Shown here piece by piece: positions 9,250 through 18,215 of a stretch of 64,000 nt of DNA. The notes beneath the pieces are model-generated. The model did no database searches. It saw only the letters and a program-made list of their open reading frames with translations, and was not told the DNA's origin. The DNA is from Fimbriimonadaceae bacterium (GTDB taxonomy: Bacteria > Armatimonadota > Fimbriimonadia > Fimbriimonadales > Fimbriimonadaceae): NCBI GenBank assembly GCA_024710805.1, contig JANJUB010000168.1, positions 929-64,928 of the forward strand, given 5' to 3'. How positions within the stretch are numbered: the stretch's first letter is position 1; each line of letters begins with the position of its first letter. A program made the translations under genes and the position numbers.

Positions 9250-10698
9250 TCACCCCATCCCCACCGGATCATACGGATCGGACAAGTCAACGTACTCGTG
9301 CCGCCCGGTCGCCACGCCGTTCCAATCGAACACATAGAACTTCGGCCCCTTCCGCTGCAGCACTTCACGCACCAGCTGTCCCCGGCGATGCGCCCGGGTG
9401 TCCTTGGGCGGCTCGGTCATGGCGTCGACAATATCCAAGTCGGTAATCATGCGACGACTGGGTACCGCGCCGAACAGGCTCAGCGCGGGATCGATGTTGT
9501 GGTACTCCAAGTCCACCGAGTGCAAGGCGTCGTCGCTCCACTCCAGTCCCTCCTCCGCGCGATAAGCATCGACGATCTGTCGCTTGGCCACCCAGTCGAT
9601 CCGATCGGCCAGGCTCATCGGGTCGCGCTCCAGCCCGTCCAGGATCGACTCCCACTCATCCAGAATCCAGTCGGTCTGCTCCGACTCTCCCCGATAGGCC
9701 TGCGCCGCCCGCAAGTAGATGCGCTGCAGGTCGATCGACGAAACGGTGTCACCATCCATCAAGCGCACCTGCCAACGATAGGTCGGATCGCGGGAAACCT
9801 CCCGAAGCGCGATGATCGGATGGTCGAGGATCACCTCGTCCCCGATCAGGTCATCTTCCAGCAGCCGAATGACCAAGCACGTCGTGCCTACCTTCAGCGC
9901 GTAGGCGAACTCGTTTTGGTTCGGCTCGCCAAACAGCAGGTGGAGGCGCGTGGTCATGCCGTCGTGGCTGTAGTAATGCTCCCACTTTGGGTTGATCAAT
10001 GCGCGGTTAAACCGCACGCGCGACGCCATACCTTTGAGAATGTGGTCGGCCCGCTGGCTCAGTTGGAACTCCACGTCCGGGTCAGGCACGACGCCATAAA
10101 CGTGGGACACCCAGATGAAATCGATCGGATTCTCGCGAACCTGGCGCTCGGTGGGGAGACCGCCTTCCGCGGTGAGGATGTGCCCACCGACCCGGCCCAC
10201 CCCCGCGAAGATCTGCCTCGTGACGAGGAAGGGATACAGCCGGTAGGCGACGCGGTTCAGGAGATCGTCTTCAGCAAGGATCAAGTAGTTCTCGTGGCAG
10301 CCGAACGTGTGTCCGCCAAAGTGGTCGACGCTGTTGTTGTAGACCGAGACCACGTCCTGAAGGCCGAGATCCTTGATCGCGCGCACAATCATGCGCTGTC
10401 CGGCGCGGTCATTCGCGACCAAGTCCTTCAAGGAGCGGCACTCCGCAGTGGCGTACTCCAGGTGGCTACCGACGGCATCGACGTACAGCCTGGCTCCGTT
10501 CATCAGAAAGCCGCCGGAATGCGAAGGCTCGAACACATCGTCGCGCGAGTGCAAATCCAGCGCGCCGAGCTTCTGATCGAAGACATGGTTTTTGATCATC
10601 TCCACCGCGGTCTCCGGATTGCCGAACTCCGGATCAGCCACGAGAGTGCCGAACTCGGTCTCAACGCCGAAGATCCGGTCGCGCGGGAAGTCATTCAT
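9250..10698 (-). CDS. Pup-ligase/deamidase family protein (PafA/Dop-like carboxylate-amine ligase fold)
   Basis: 482 aa. The N-terminus RIFGVETEFG matches the family signature (PafA GIETEFG, Dop GTEVEYG). Also present are YLEYATAEC-type and GGHTFGCHENY-type (HENY) motifs. The PafA versus Dop assignment is not resolved. Confidence 0.8.
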   Translation of the reverse strand: MNDFPRDRIFGVETEFGTLVADPEFGNPETAVEMIKNHVFDQKLGALDLHSRDDVFEPSHSGGFLMNGARLYVDAVGSHLEYATAECRSLKDLVANDRAGQRMIVRAIKDLGLQDVVSVYNNSVDHFGGHTFGCHENYLILAEDDLLNRVAYRLYPFLVTRQIFAGVGRVGGHILTAEGGLPTERQVRENPIDFIWVSHVYGVVPDPDVEFQLSQRADHILKGMASRVRFNRALINPKWEHYYSHDGMTTRLHLLFGEPNQNEFAYALKVGTTCLVIRLLEDDLIGDEVILDHPIIALREVSRDPTYRWQVRLMDGDTVSSIDLQRIYLRAAQAYRGESEQTDWILDEWESILDGLERDPMSLADRIDWVAKRQIVDAYRAEEGLEWSDDALHSVDLEYHNIDPALSLFGAVPSRRMITDLDIVDAMTEPPKDTRAHRRGQLVREVLQRKGPKFYVFDWNGVATGRHEYVDLSDPYDPVGMG

Positions 10699-10727
10699 GG
10701 CTCATTCTACGTACGTCCCGCGTCATC

Positions 10728-11108
10728 GTGGGGCCCAGAACGCTACAATGCGCTGTGCAAGCGATCACGTTCCTGCCGACCCTCGATCTCGAGGCAACCC
10801 ATACGTTCTATGCCGGCCAACTCGGATTTCCGATGGTTCTTGATCAAGGGACCTGCCGGGTGTACCAAGTGGGATCAGCGTTTTGGGGATTCTGTCGGGC
10901 CGGGGTGCCGATGGCCGACCCGCGCCGGGTCACGCTCACGATCGTTGACAAGGACGTCGACGCCTGGCACGCTAGGTTGGCGGCAAGCGGAGTCTCGGTC
11001 GACGGCGAACCGAGGGAGAACCCACGCTACCGGATCTACCACTTCTACGCGACCGACCCGAACGGCTACCAGATCGAGATCCAGCGGTTCCTGCACCCGT
11101 TTCCTTAG
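10728..11108 (+). CDS. VOC/glyoxalase-bleomycin-resistance family protein
   Basis: Pattern ITFLPTLDLEATHTFYAGQLGF ... YHFYATDPNGYQIEIQ is typical of VOC beta-alpha-beta-beta-beta modules. The start may be GTG at 10728 or GTG at 10755. Confidence 0.7.
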   Translation: MGPRTLQCAVQAITFLPTLDLEATHTFYAGQLGFPMVLDQGTCRVYQVGSAFWGFCRAGVPMADPRRVTLTIVDKDVDAWHARLAASGVSVDGEPRENPRYRIYHFYATDPNGYQIEIQRFLHPFP

Positions 11109-11204
11109 TGCGTTTACGAAGGTCTCAAAGCTTGGTTTTATACTTGTCTTAGAGCCAAAAGAATCTTTACGTTGCGCAAATCGGTATAACAGGTGTAAAA
11201 GTTC

Positions 11205-11855
11205 TTGCAGTCGCTATGGGGATGGGCTGCCTGGACTCTGGAGAAGATCATCGAACTCACCGAAGAACATTTGCGCCTCTTGGCCTCGCCGGCGCTTTTT
11301 GAAGTTTACGAGTGTTTCTCAACCCTGGAAGTACGCTCGATCCCCGATGTCGCTAAAGAGATTCATCGATCTCAGGCCGCCGTCGGGGTGCACGTGGAAG
11401 CCCTGCTCAAGACCGGTTTTCTTGAGGAAGCTGGGACGCGGCGGAAGCGCGCTCGGACCGAGCGGCTCTTTCGCCGAACCGTGGACGAAACCACGGCCAA
11501 GTTCGCGGGGAAGCCATGGAGCTACTATCAGGCATCGATCGACGGATTCGCGGCCAACATGCGCCGCGCGAACCGCGCCCATCAGCTCTTCAAGCACCGA
11601 CTCTTCGAGGACGCCCAAGAAGCGCCCTTCGGCATCTACCTGGTGCGCCCAATGCGGTTAACCCGAGAGGGAGCGAAGCAGCTGGGCGAGGCGTTGCGCG
11701 ACCTGCATGTCCGCGCCGCCGAAATCGAGCAGAAGCACGGAACCGACGACCACAGCAAAGGGGAACGCATCTACTTGACGACGATGTTCTACCCAACCGT
11801 CGCCAGCTCTCAGTCCAAGATCAAGGCCAAACGCAAGAAGGCGGCCGCAAGCTAG
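11205..11855 (+). CDS. Winged-helix (ArsR/MarR-like) DNA-binding protein, hypothetical regulator
   Basis: The N-terminal segment LLASPALFEVYECFSTLEVRSIPDVAKEIHRSQAAVGVHVEALLKTGFLEE looks like a wHTH. It has a TTG start preceded by an A/T-rich ~95-bp spacer and a lysine-rich tail. Confidence 0.5.
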   Translation: MQSLWGWAAWTLEKIIELTEEHLRLLASPALFEVYECFSTLEVRSIPDVAKEIHRSQAAVGVHVEALLKTGFLEEAGTRRKRARTERLFRRTVDETTAKFAGKPWSYYQASIDGFAANMRRANRAHQLFKHRLFEDAQEAPFGIYLVRPMRLTREGAKQLGEALRDLHVRAAEIEQKHGTDDHSKGERIYLTTMFYPTVASSQSKIKAKRKKAAAS

Positions 11856-13747
11856 CGGGCCACCGCTGACTGCACGGTCGCAACGATCCCGGCGGCGTCG
11901 AGACCGCAATCTCGCCGGATCAGCGGCTGGGAGCCATGCTCGACAAACGCGTCGGGGAGCGCGACGATTTTCGTCGGCACGTCCACACCACGCTCTTCAA
12001 GTCCGTCTCGCACTTGCTGGCCGAAGCCGCCGGTGCGGACATTCTCTTCGATCGTCACCAGCCGTCCCGTCCGGCGGACGTCGGCCTCGATCGTGTCGAA
12101 ATCGATGGGCTTCACGAACCGGGCGTTGATGACCGAGGCATCGACCCCGAGTTCGGCGAGTTGCCGCGCGGCCTCGAACGCCTCGCCGACCATCGAGCCC
12201 ACCGCGACCAGCGTCACGTCGCGACCTTGCCGAAGCGTCTCCGCACAGCCGAATTGGATCGGCGTGCGGGACTCCGGGAGCCGATCGTCCGATGAGCCTC
12301 GCGGATAGCGCACCGCCACCGGGCCATCGTTCATGCTCAGCGTGAACCGCGCCATCTCGCGCAACTCGGTGGTATCCCGCGGGGCCATGACGACAAAGTG
12401 CGGAATGTGCGTCAGGTACGAGAGATCAAAGGCGCCGTGATGGGTTGGTCCGTCGTCGCCGACCAGTCCCGCGCGATCGAGGAAGAAACGCACCGGCAGC
12501 CGCTGCAGCGCCACGTCGTGGAGCACTTGATCGTAGGCGCGTTGCAGGAACGACGAGTAAATGGCACAGAACGGTCTGAGTCCTCCCGCCGCCATTCCCG
12601 CCGCCATCGTCACGGCATGCGGTTCGGCGATTCCCGTGTCAAAGTACCGATCGGGGTAGGTCAGCGCGAACTCGGTGAGTCCGGTTCCATCGGGCATCGC
12701 TGCCGTTATCGCGACCACCGCCGGATCGATCGCCGCACACTCGCACATCGCCGCGCCGAATGCCTGGGTATAAGTGACGGGCCCGGCGGACTTGACCAAC
12801 TCGCACGCCTGATGGTCGAACGGCGTCACGCCGTGCCACTTGCGCGCATCCACTTCGGCGACCTCATAACCCTTGCCCTTCACCGTGATCGCATGGACAA
12901 ACACCGGGCCGCTTAGCTCGCGCACGGAGGCGAACAGGTCGAGCAAGGCGGGCAGATCGTGCCCGTCCACCGGGCCGATGTACTCCCAGCCAATCTCTTC
13001 GAAGATCGTGCCGGTTTCCTCGGGAGCCATGTAGTGGGTGATGCCGTGGCGCAATCCCGCGGCCACCCGGCTGATCGGATCGGGAAACTTCTCGACCACG
13101 CCCTTCGCGCGCTTGGCAAGGTCTTGGAGCCAGGGTCGCGCTCGGAGTCGGGCCAGATAGCTGTTCAATGCACCGACATTGGGCGCGATCGACATGCGAT
13201 TGTCGTTGAGCACGACCGTCATCGTCGTTCCGAGATCGCCCGCGTGGTTCAACGCCTCCCAACTCATGCCGGTGGCGATGCTCGCGTCGCCGGCGATGGC
13301 GACAACGCGCTCCTCGCCGCCAACTCGGTCACGGGCGAGAGCAAACCCCATCGCGGCCGAGACCGCGGTTCCCGCATGGCCAGCCCCAAAGACATCGAGC
13401 TCATGCTCTTCCCGCTTCAGGAAGCCGCTCATGCCCTGATACTTGCGCAACGTCGGGAAGCGTTCGAGACGACCCGTAAGCAGTTTGTGGGGATATGCCT
13501 GGTGGCCGGTGTCCCACACCACCTTGTCGGGCGGGATCGAGTGAGTGGCATACAGCGCGACGGTCAGTTCGACGGTGCCGAGGTTCGAGCTGAAGTGTCC
13601 TCCCGTCTGGCTGACCAACTCGACGATCGCGCGCCGAATCTCGTTGGACACCTCTTGGAGCTGCTTGGGCGTCAGCCCATGCAGATCCGTGGGCGACGCG
13701 ATCCCATGGAGCAACGGGAACTGTGCGGCGAAGTCCATCTCACCCAT
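11852..13747 (-). CDS. dxs: 1-deoxy-D-xylulose-5-phosphate synthase
   Basis: 631 aa with GGHFSSNLGTVELTVAL, DTGHQAYPHKLLTGR, the ThDP motif GDASIATGMSWEALNHAG...NDN, and the DRAGLVGDDGPTHHGAFD motif. Confidence 0.95.
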   Translation of the reverse strand: MGEMDFAAQFPLLHGIASPTDLHGLTPKQLQEVSNEIRRAIVELVSQTGGHFSSNLGTVELTVALYATHSIPPDKVVWDTGHQAYPHKLLTGRLERFPTLRKYQGMSGFLKREEHELDVFGAGHAGTAVSAAMGFALARDRVGGEERVVAIAGDASIATGMSWEALNHAGDLGTTMTVVLNDNRMSIAPNVGALNSYLARLRARPWLQDLAKRAKGVVEKFPDPISRVAAGLRHGITHYMAPEETGTIFEEIGWEYIGPVDGHDLPALLDLFASVRELSGPVFVHAITVKGKGYEVAEVDARKWHGVTPFDHQACELVKSAGPVTYTQAFGAAMCECAAIDPAVVAITAAMPDGTGLTEFALTYPDRYFDTGIAEPHAVTMAAGMAAGGLRPFCAIYSSFLQRAYDQVLHDVALQRLPVRFFLDRAGLVGDDGPTHHGAFDLSYLTHIPHFVVMAPRDTTELREMARFTLSMNDGPVAVRYPRGSSDDRLPESRTPIQFGCAETLRQGRDVTLVAVGSMVGEAFEAARQLAELGVDASVINARFVKPIDFDTIEADVRRTGRLVTIEENVRTGGFGQQVRDGLEERGVDVPTKIVALPDAFVEHGSQPLIRRDCGLDAAGIVATVQSAVAR

Positions 13748-13871
13748 TGCGCCATTCTACGCTGTTGGGAGACGCGGGGTGGCGTTGAGGGGCATATTGG
13801 CCCGGGTTAGCACGGCATGGTCTGCTAGATTCTGTCCGACCCAGTCCAACCTAGTCCGAGCCAACCCGAAC

Positions 13872-13904
13872 AAAAAAGGGCCCCCTCGCCAAAGCGAGAG
13901 GGCC
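13872..13904 (-). terminator. Intrinsic terminator of the pyrophosphatase gene
   Basis: The minus strand reads GGCCCTCTCGC-TTTG-GCGAGGGGGCC followed by C TTTTTT. That is an 11-bp stem with one mismatch plus a U-tract, starting 24 nt after the stop. Confidence 0.75.
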
Positions 13905-13927
13905 GTGGTTAGCGCGGGGCCTTAGCC

Positions 13928-16900
13928 TTACGCCTCGGGATCGTCGTCAACCGTGATCCGCTTCTTCGACTCCGCCGCCGGGGCTTGCGCCTTGGCCGCA
14001 TCGAGTGCCGAAGCCTCGGCTGCTGCTTCGGCCATCGCCGAGCTCATCGAACCGCGCTTCGACCACCAGATCGAGAACGCGAGCGCAACCACACAGACGC
14101 CGGTGATGATGCCGTTCGTCATATCCGAGCGGACCTGGATCACGAACGGAGCCAGCAAGAGCGCCACCAGGTTCATAACCTTGATGAGCGGGTTCATTGC
14201 CGGACCAGCCGTATCCTTGAACGGATCGCCGACCGTGTCGCAGACGACACCAGCCTTGTGCGCTTCGCTACCCTTACCGCCGTAGAGGCCATCCTCGATC
14301 AGCTTCTTGGCGTTGTCCCACATACCGCCAGAGTTGGCGAGGAGGACAGCCATCAGCTGGCCGCTGACGATGGCACCGGCGAGGAATCCACCCAGCGCCT
14401 GAGCACCGGCGAGGTTGTAGCCGCCGACCGACGGAGCGCCAATCGAGAAGCCGAAGGCAACCGCCATCGGCAGCGCGATCGCGAGGATCGCCGGGCCGAG
14501 GAGTTCCTTCTGCGCCGCCGCCGTGACGATGGCGACACAGTTCGCGTAGTTCGGCTTGCTTGTTCCGGCCATGATGCCCGGATCGTTGCGGAACTGGCGT
14601 CGAACCTCGTTGATCAGCTGGAAGGCCGCACGGCCGACCGCGTTGATCGTGGAGGAAGCGAACAGATACGGGGCGGCGGCACCGATGAGCAGACCCAGGA
14701 AGATCTGCGGGATGTCGAGCCGCATACCGATATCGGCGAGTTTCGCTTCTTCGACAAACGAGTGGAACAAGGCAACCGCCGCGACGACCGCCGTTGCGAT
14801 CGCGAAGCCCTTCGTGAGCGCCTTGGTCGTGTTGCCGGCGGCGTCGAGCCGCTGGACGGCCTTGGAACCGCTCGGGCTGTCGTGGCCCGCACCCGACATC
14901 TCAAAGACGCCCTGGGCGTTGTCCGAGATCGGGCCGAACGTGTCCATCGCGAGGATGAAGCCGGTGGTCGTCAGGAGACCCAGGCCCACGAGCGCAATGC
15001 CGTAGAAGCTGAGCAGCAACGTGCCGTAATCTCCCGGGCTGAAGATGATCAGCGGGAAGATGAGGGCAACGACGATCGAAAGCACGGAGAACACACTCGA
15101 CTCACACGCCAGAGCAAAGCCCTGGATGATCATCGGCGCGGGGCCCGCATTCGAGACGCCCGCAATCTCCTTGACTGGACCCTTGTGGGTGCTCACGTAG
15201 TAGTCGGTGAGAATCTCGATGAAGAAGGCCATCAAGATGCCGAAGATGATACACGCGGCAAAAGTCCACCACGGAACTGACGTCTGAACGAGTTGACCGA
15301 CCGTGAAGGTGACCGGATTCGGCTGCGGCATATTGCGCGCCTCTTCCAGAACCTTCTGCGCCTCGGCGTTCTTCGCTTCTTGCGCGGCGTCCTTCAACGT
15401 CGTCGCTTCCTGCGCGAGCTTCTGATACTCGTCGAACTTCTTTCGAACGTCGTCGCGGATCGTCTTCAGTTTGTCGGTGTCGAGGTTGAACACCTGATCG
15501 CCCGCCATCTGTCGCTGTAGGCTCAGCAGGATGTCGTTCTCCGGCACATCGAGACCGATCGCAACGTTGCCGCTGCCATCGACGAAGAACTGCGGCGAGA
15601 CGCCGTCCTCGTCGCCGACGATCTTCTGCGACTGGGCAGCGAGACCTTCCTTGAACTTAGCCGCATCGTCGGTGAGGACGTAAGCGGTCTTCTCCTTCGG
15701 AGCCTCGGTGCTTCCCGGCGCGGGCACGCCCGGCTCGGTGACCTTGAAGACGCGCACGCTCTTGTACGCCTCTGCCGCGGTCAGGTACTGAGGCTCGCCA
15801 CCGGTCGTGGAGTTCTTGACCACCGTGAGGCTCTTGAGCTGCTCCGAATCGAGCGAAACCGGCTTGAAGCCGCTGAGCGGCTTGATTCGGTCGATCTGAT
15901 CGGGCGGAGCCATAATCGCCGCGCTGATCAGATTCTCGAGGTTGTCCGGAGGCAGGTTGAGCGCCTTGAGACCCGAGTGATCCTTGATGTCGGCCACGCG
16001 GATTTCCCACTCAGCCTTGCCCGACTCCTTGGCGATTTGGTCGCGAACCGCTTTGATGCCCTCGATCTTGCTCTTGGCAATCTCGAGGTCCGAGCGGATC
16101 ATGCGGGTAGCGATGAGGCTCTTGCCGTCGCCGCCCATCATGACGTAGGCCAACGCGATGGTGCCGATCGCGGCGATACCCGCGGAGAGCCAGAAGCCCT
16201 TGCGGATCGCGGTCAGCGGATCGCTGTCGATATTGTCGCTGCCCTTGACCGAGTAGATACCGAAGATCGACGCGATGATTCCCACGCCGCGCGCCATCAA
16301 AGCGAACAGGATGAGCTTCATCCATGTTGCCTGGTCGAAAATCGATGCCGTTGCGGCACCGAGCACGATGGCGGCAACCAGCGTGACTTCGTAAGACTCA
16401 AAGATGTCGGCGGCCATACCGGCGCAGTCGCCGACGTTGTCGCCCACGTTGTCGGCGATCGTCGCCGGGTTGCGGGGGTCATCCTCAGGAATGCCTGCCT
16501 CGACCTTTCCGACGAGGTCAGCACCGACGTCAGCAGCCTTGGTGAAGATGCCGCCACCGACACGCATGAAGAGCGCGGCAAGCGAACCACCAAAGCCAAA
16601 ACCGATCAGCAGCTTCATCGCGTCGCCGCCACCGGCGAGCAAGATAATCGTCGCGCCGAGCAAACCCATGCCAACCGTGATGAGGCCCGCAACGGAGCCC
16701 GATCGGAAGGCGATCTCAAGCGTGGACTTGTAGCTCGAAAGCGCGGCGTGAGCCGTGCGCATGTTGCCGCGAACGGCCATATCCATGCCCACGTAACCGG
16801 CGATGTACGAGGCGGCAACGCCCGCCACAAAGCTGAGCGCAGTAAAGACCGCGGTCATCGTGCCGTACGAGTTCATGTACAGGACGACCAACAGGGCCGA

Positions 16901-17224
16901 GATCAGCAGCACGAACCAGATCATCGTAGCGACCTGGCGCTTCAGATAGGCGATAGCGCCTTCGTGAATCGCGCCGCCGACTTCCTGCATTTTCTCGCTG
17001 CCCGGCGACTTCGCAAGCACTTGGCCGCGGATAACGAACCCGACCGCAAGCGCAATGAAGCCGAGCACCAACGAGATGTACAAGAACATCTTGTCGGACT
17101 GCGAGAACTCGAGGACGATGTTGGCTTCTCCTCCGGCCGCCATTGAGAAAGCGGGAACCAGAGTGAGTAGTAAGGCAAGAATCGCGGACTGCCACCTCCG
17201 CGTTGCCAAGTCTGTCAACCTCAT
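13928..17224 (-). CDS. hppA: Membrane-integral H+-translocating pyrophosphatase, K+-independent type, carrying a ~285-aa loop insertion
   Basis: Motifs GGGIFTKAADVGADLVGKVE, DDPRNPATIADNVGDNVGD, FGPISDNAQG, DAAGNTTKALTKGFAI (Lys in GNTTK marks the K+-independent signature), GGMWDNAKK and DTVGDPFKDTAGPA. Start taken at ATG 17224 (MRLTDLATRRW..., signal-like). The longer track ORF start at 17338 is less likely. Confidence 0.9.
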   Translation of the reverse strand: MRLTDLATRRWQSAILALLLTLVPAFSMAAGGEANIVLEFSQSDKMFLYISLVLGFIALAVGFVIRGQVLAKSPGSEKMQEVGGAIHEGAIAYLKRQVATMIWFVLLISALLVVLYMNSYGTMTAVFTALSFVAGVAASYIAGYVGMDMAVRGNMRTAHAALSSYKSTLEIAFRSGSVAGLITVGMGLLGATIILLAGGGDAMKLLIGFGFGGSLAALFMRVGGGIFTKAADVGADLVGKVEAGIPEDDPRNPATIADNVGDNVGDCAGMAADIFESYEVTLVAAIVLGAATASIFDQATWMKLILFALMARGVGIIASIFGIYSVKGSDNIDSDPLTAIRKGFWLSAGIAAIGTIALAYVMMGGDGKSLIATRMIRSDLEIAKSKIEGIKAVRDQIAKESGKAEWEIRVADIKDHSGLKALNLPPDNLENLISAAIMAPPDQIDRIKPLSGFKPVSLDSEQLKSLTVVKNSTTGGEPQYLTAAEAYKSVRVFKVTEPGVPAPGSTEAPKEKTAYVLTDDAAKFKEGLAAQSQKIVGDEDGVSPQFFVDGSGNVAIGLDVPENDILLSLQRQMAGDQVFNLDTDKLKTIRDDVRKKFDEYQKLAQEATTLKDAAQEAKNAEAQKVLEEARNMPQPNPVTFTVGQLVQTSVPWWTFAACIIFGILMAFFIEILTDYYVSTHKGPVKEIAGVSNAGPAPMIIQGFALACESSVFSVLSIVVALIFPLIIFSPGDYGTLLLSFYGIALVGLGLLTTTGFILAMDTFGPISDNAQGVFEMSGAGHDSPSGSKAVQRLDAAGNTTKALTKGFAIATAVVAAVALFHSFVEEAKLADIGMRLDIPQIFLGLLIGAAAPYLFASSTINAVGRAAFQLINEVRRQFRNDPGIMAGTSKPNYANCVAIVTAAAQKELLGPAILAIALPMAVAFGFSIGAPSVGGYNLAGAQALGGFLAGAIVSGQLMAVLLANSGGMWDNAKKLIEDGLYGGKGSEAHKAGVVCDTVGDPFKDTAGPAMNPLIKVMNLVALLLAPFVIQVRSDMTNGIITGVCVVALAFSIWWSKRGSMSSAMAEAAAEASALDAAKAQAPAAESKKRITVDDDPEA

Positions 17225-17420
17225 TTTTTGCAAACAACCCCCGTTTGCACGCTTCCATGCCAGATGCACTTGGCCGTGAGTGGTCCGGCTAGGATACCCG
17301 GTCGAAGCAAGATGAAGGAAAGTTTGCACCGGCGTCATTGCACGGAAGTTGACCTGTGGGGTATCGGGAATCCTGCGTTCAACTTGCCTCGTCAGCTACA
17401 ATAAGGAAGCAGGAAACCGC

Positions 17421-17675
17421 ATGGCCCGAAGACCAATCAAGAAGAAAACCCCAAATGACGAGAAGGAACGCGGCATCGAACTCGATGGCGTCGTTCTTGA
17501 GAATTTGCCCAGCGCCAAGTTTCGAGTACAGATCGAAGACGGCGTAGAGATCTTGGCCCACGTATCGGGAAAGATGCGTATGCACTACATCCGAATTCTC
17601 CCCGGGGATCGGGTCCGCGTCGAGATGAGCCCCTACGATCTCACCAAGGGTCGCATCGTTTACCGCTTTAAGTAA
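17421..17675 (+). CDS. infA: Translation initiation factor IF-1 with a short basic N-terminal extension
   Basis: [61 protein letters not shown] is canonical IF-1. ATG at 17421 is preceded by aaggaagcaggaa. Confidence 0.93.
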   Translation: MARRPIKKKTPNDEKERGIELDGVVLENLPSAKFRVQIEDGVEILAHVSGKMRMHYIRILPGDRVRVEMSPYDLTKGRIVYRFK

Positions 17676-17678
17676 TCC

Positions 17679-18215
17679 ATGCAGATCGTCGTTCCGGAGG
17701 AGTTCAAGCCCCTGTGGATCCACGATGCGGATCACCCCATCGTCAAGCTCCCGCATCCCGCGCTGAGGCGCGTGGCCCAGCCCCTCGTCAAGGTCACGAA
17801 GAAAACGCAGTTGCTCGTTGACGACATGCTGCGCATCATGCGGCGGGCGAATGGCGTGGGCCTAGCCGCCCCGCAACTCGGTATCGACCAGCGAGTCATC
17901 GTCATCGCACCGATGGATTACCGCCCGATGGCCCTGATCAACCCCGTCATCACCAAGATGGAGGGCGAGGTTTTGGGCACCGAGGGCTGCCTAAGCCTGC
18001 CAGGCCTGTATGGCACCGTCAAGCGGGCCAAGTATGTCGAGGTCGACTGCCTCGACCGGCGGGGGCGCGAGATCACCATCGAGCTCGAAGGAATGCCCGC
18101 CCGCGTCCTTCAGCACGAGGTCGACCACTTGGACGGCGTGTTGTTCATCGACAAGGTCGATGTCGCCACGCTGCACTGGGCGCAACCCGGCGAACAAGAC
18201 GCCGACGCGGAATGA
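17679..18215 (+). CDS. def: Peptide deformylase
   Basis: All three motifs are present: GVGLAAPQ, EGCLSLPG, QHEVDHLDG. Confidence 0.93.
   Translation: MQIVVPEEFKPLWIHDADHPIVKLPHPALRRVAQPLVKVTKKTQLLVDDMLRIMRRANGVGLAAPQLGIDQRVIVIAPMDYRPMALINPVITKMEGEVLGTEGCLSLPGLYGTVKRAKYVEVDCLDRRGREITIELEGMPARVLQHEVDHLDGVLFIDKVDVATLHWAQPGEQDADAE

Noticed and set aside
8881-11661. 926-aa plus-strand ORF, the longest in this region
   Set aside because: It runs antisense to the well-supported Pup-ligase-family gene. It then continues out of frame across the VOC and wHTH genes. Its translation is Arg/His/Pro/Gly-rich low-complexity sequence with no motifs. This is a typical high-GC antisense artefact.
13985-17146. 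Plus-strand ORFs 13985..15280 (431 aa) and 15977..17146 (389 aa)
   Set aside because: They are antisense to the pyrophosphatase gene, whose identity is unambiguous. Their translations are Arg/Asp/Glu/His low-complexity sequence.
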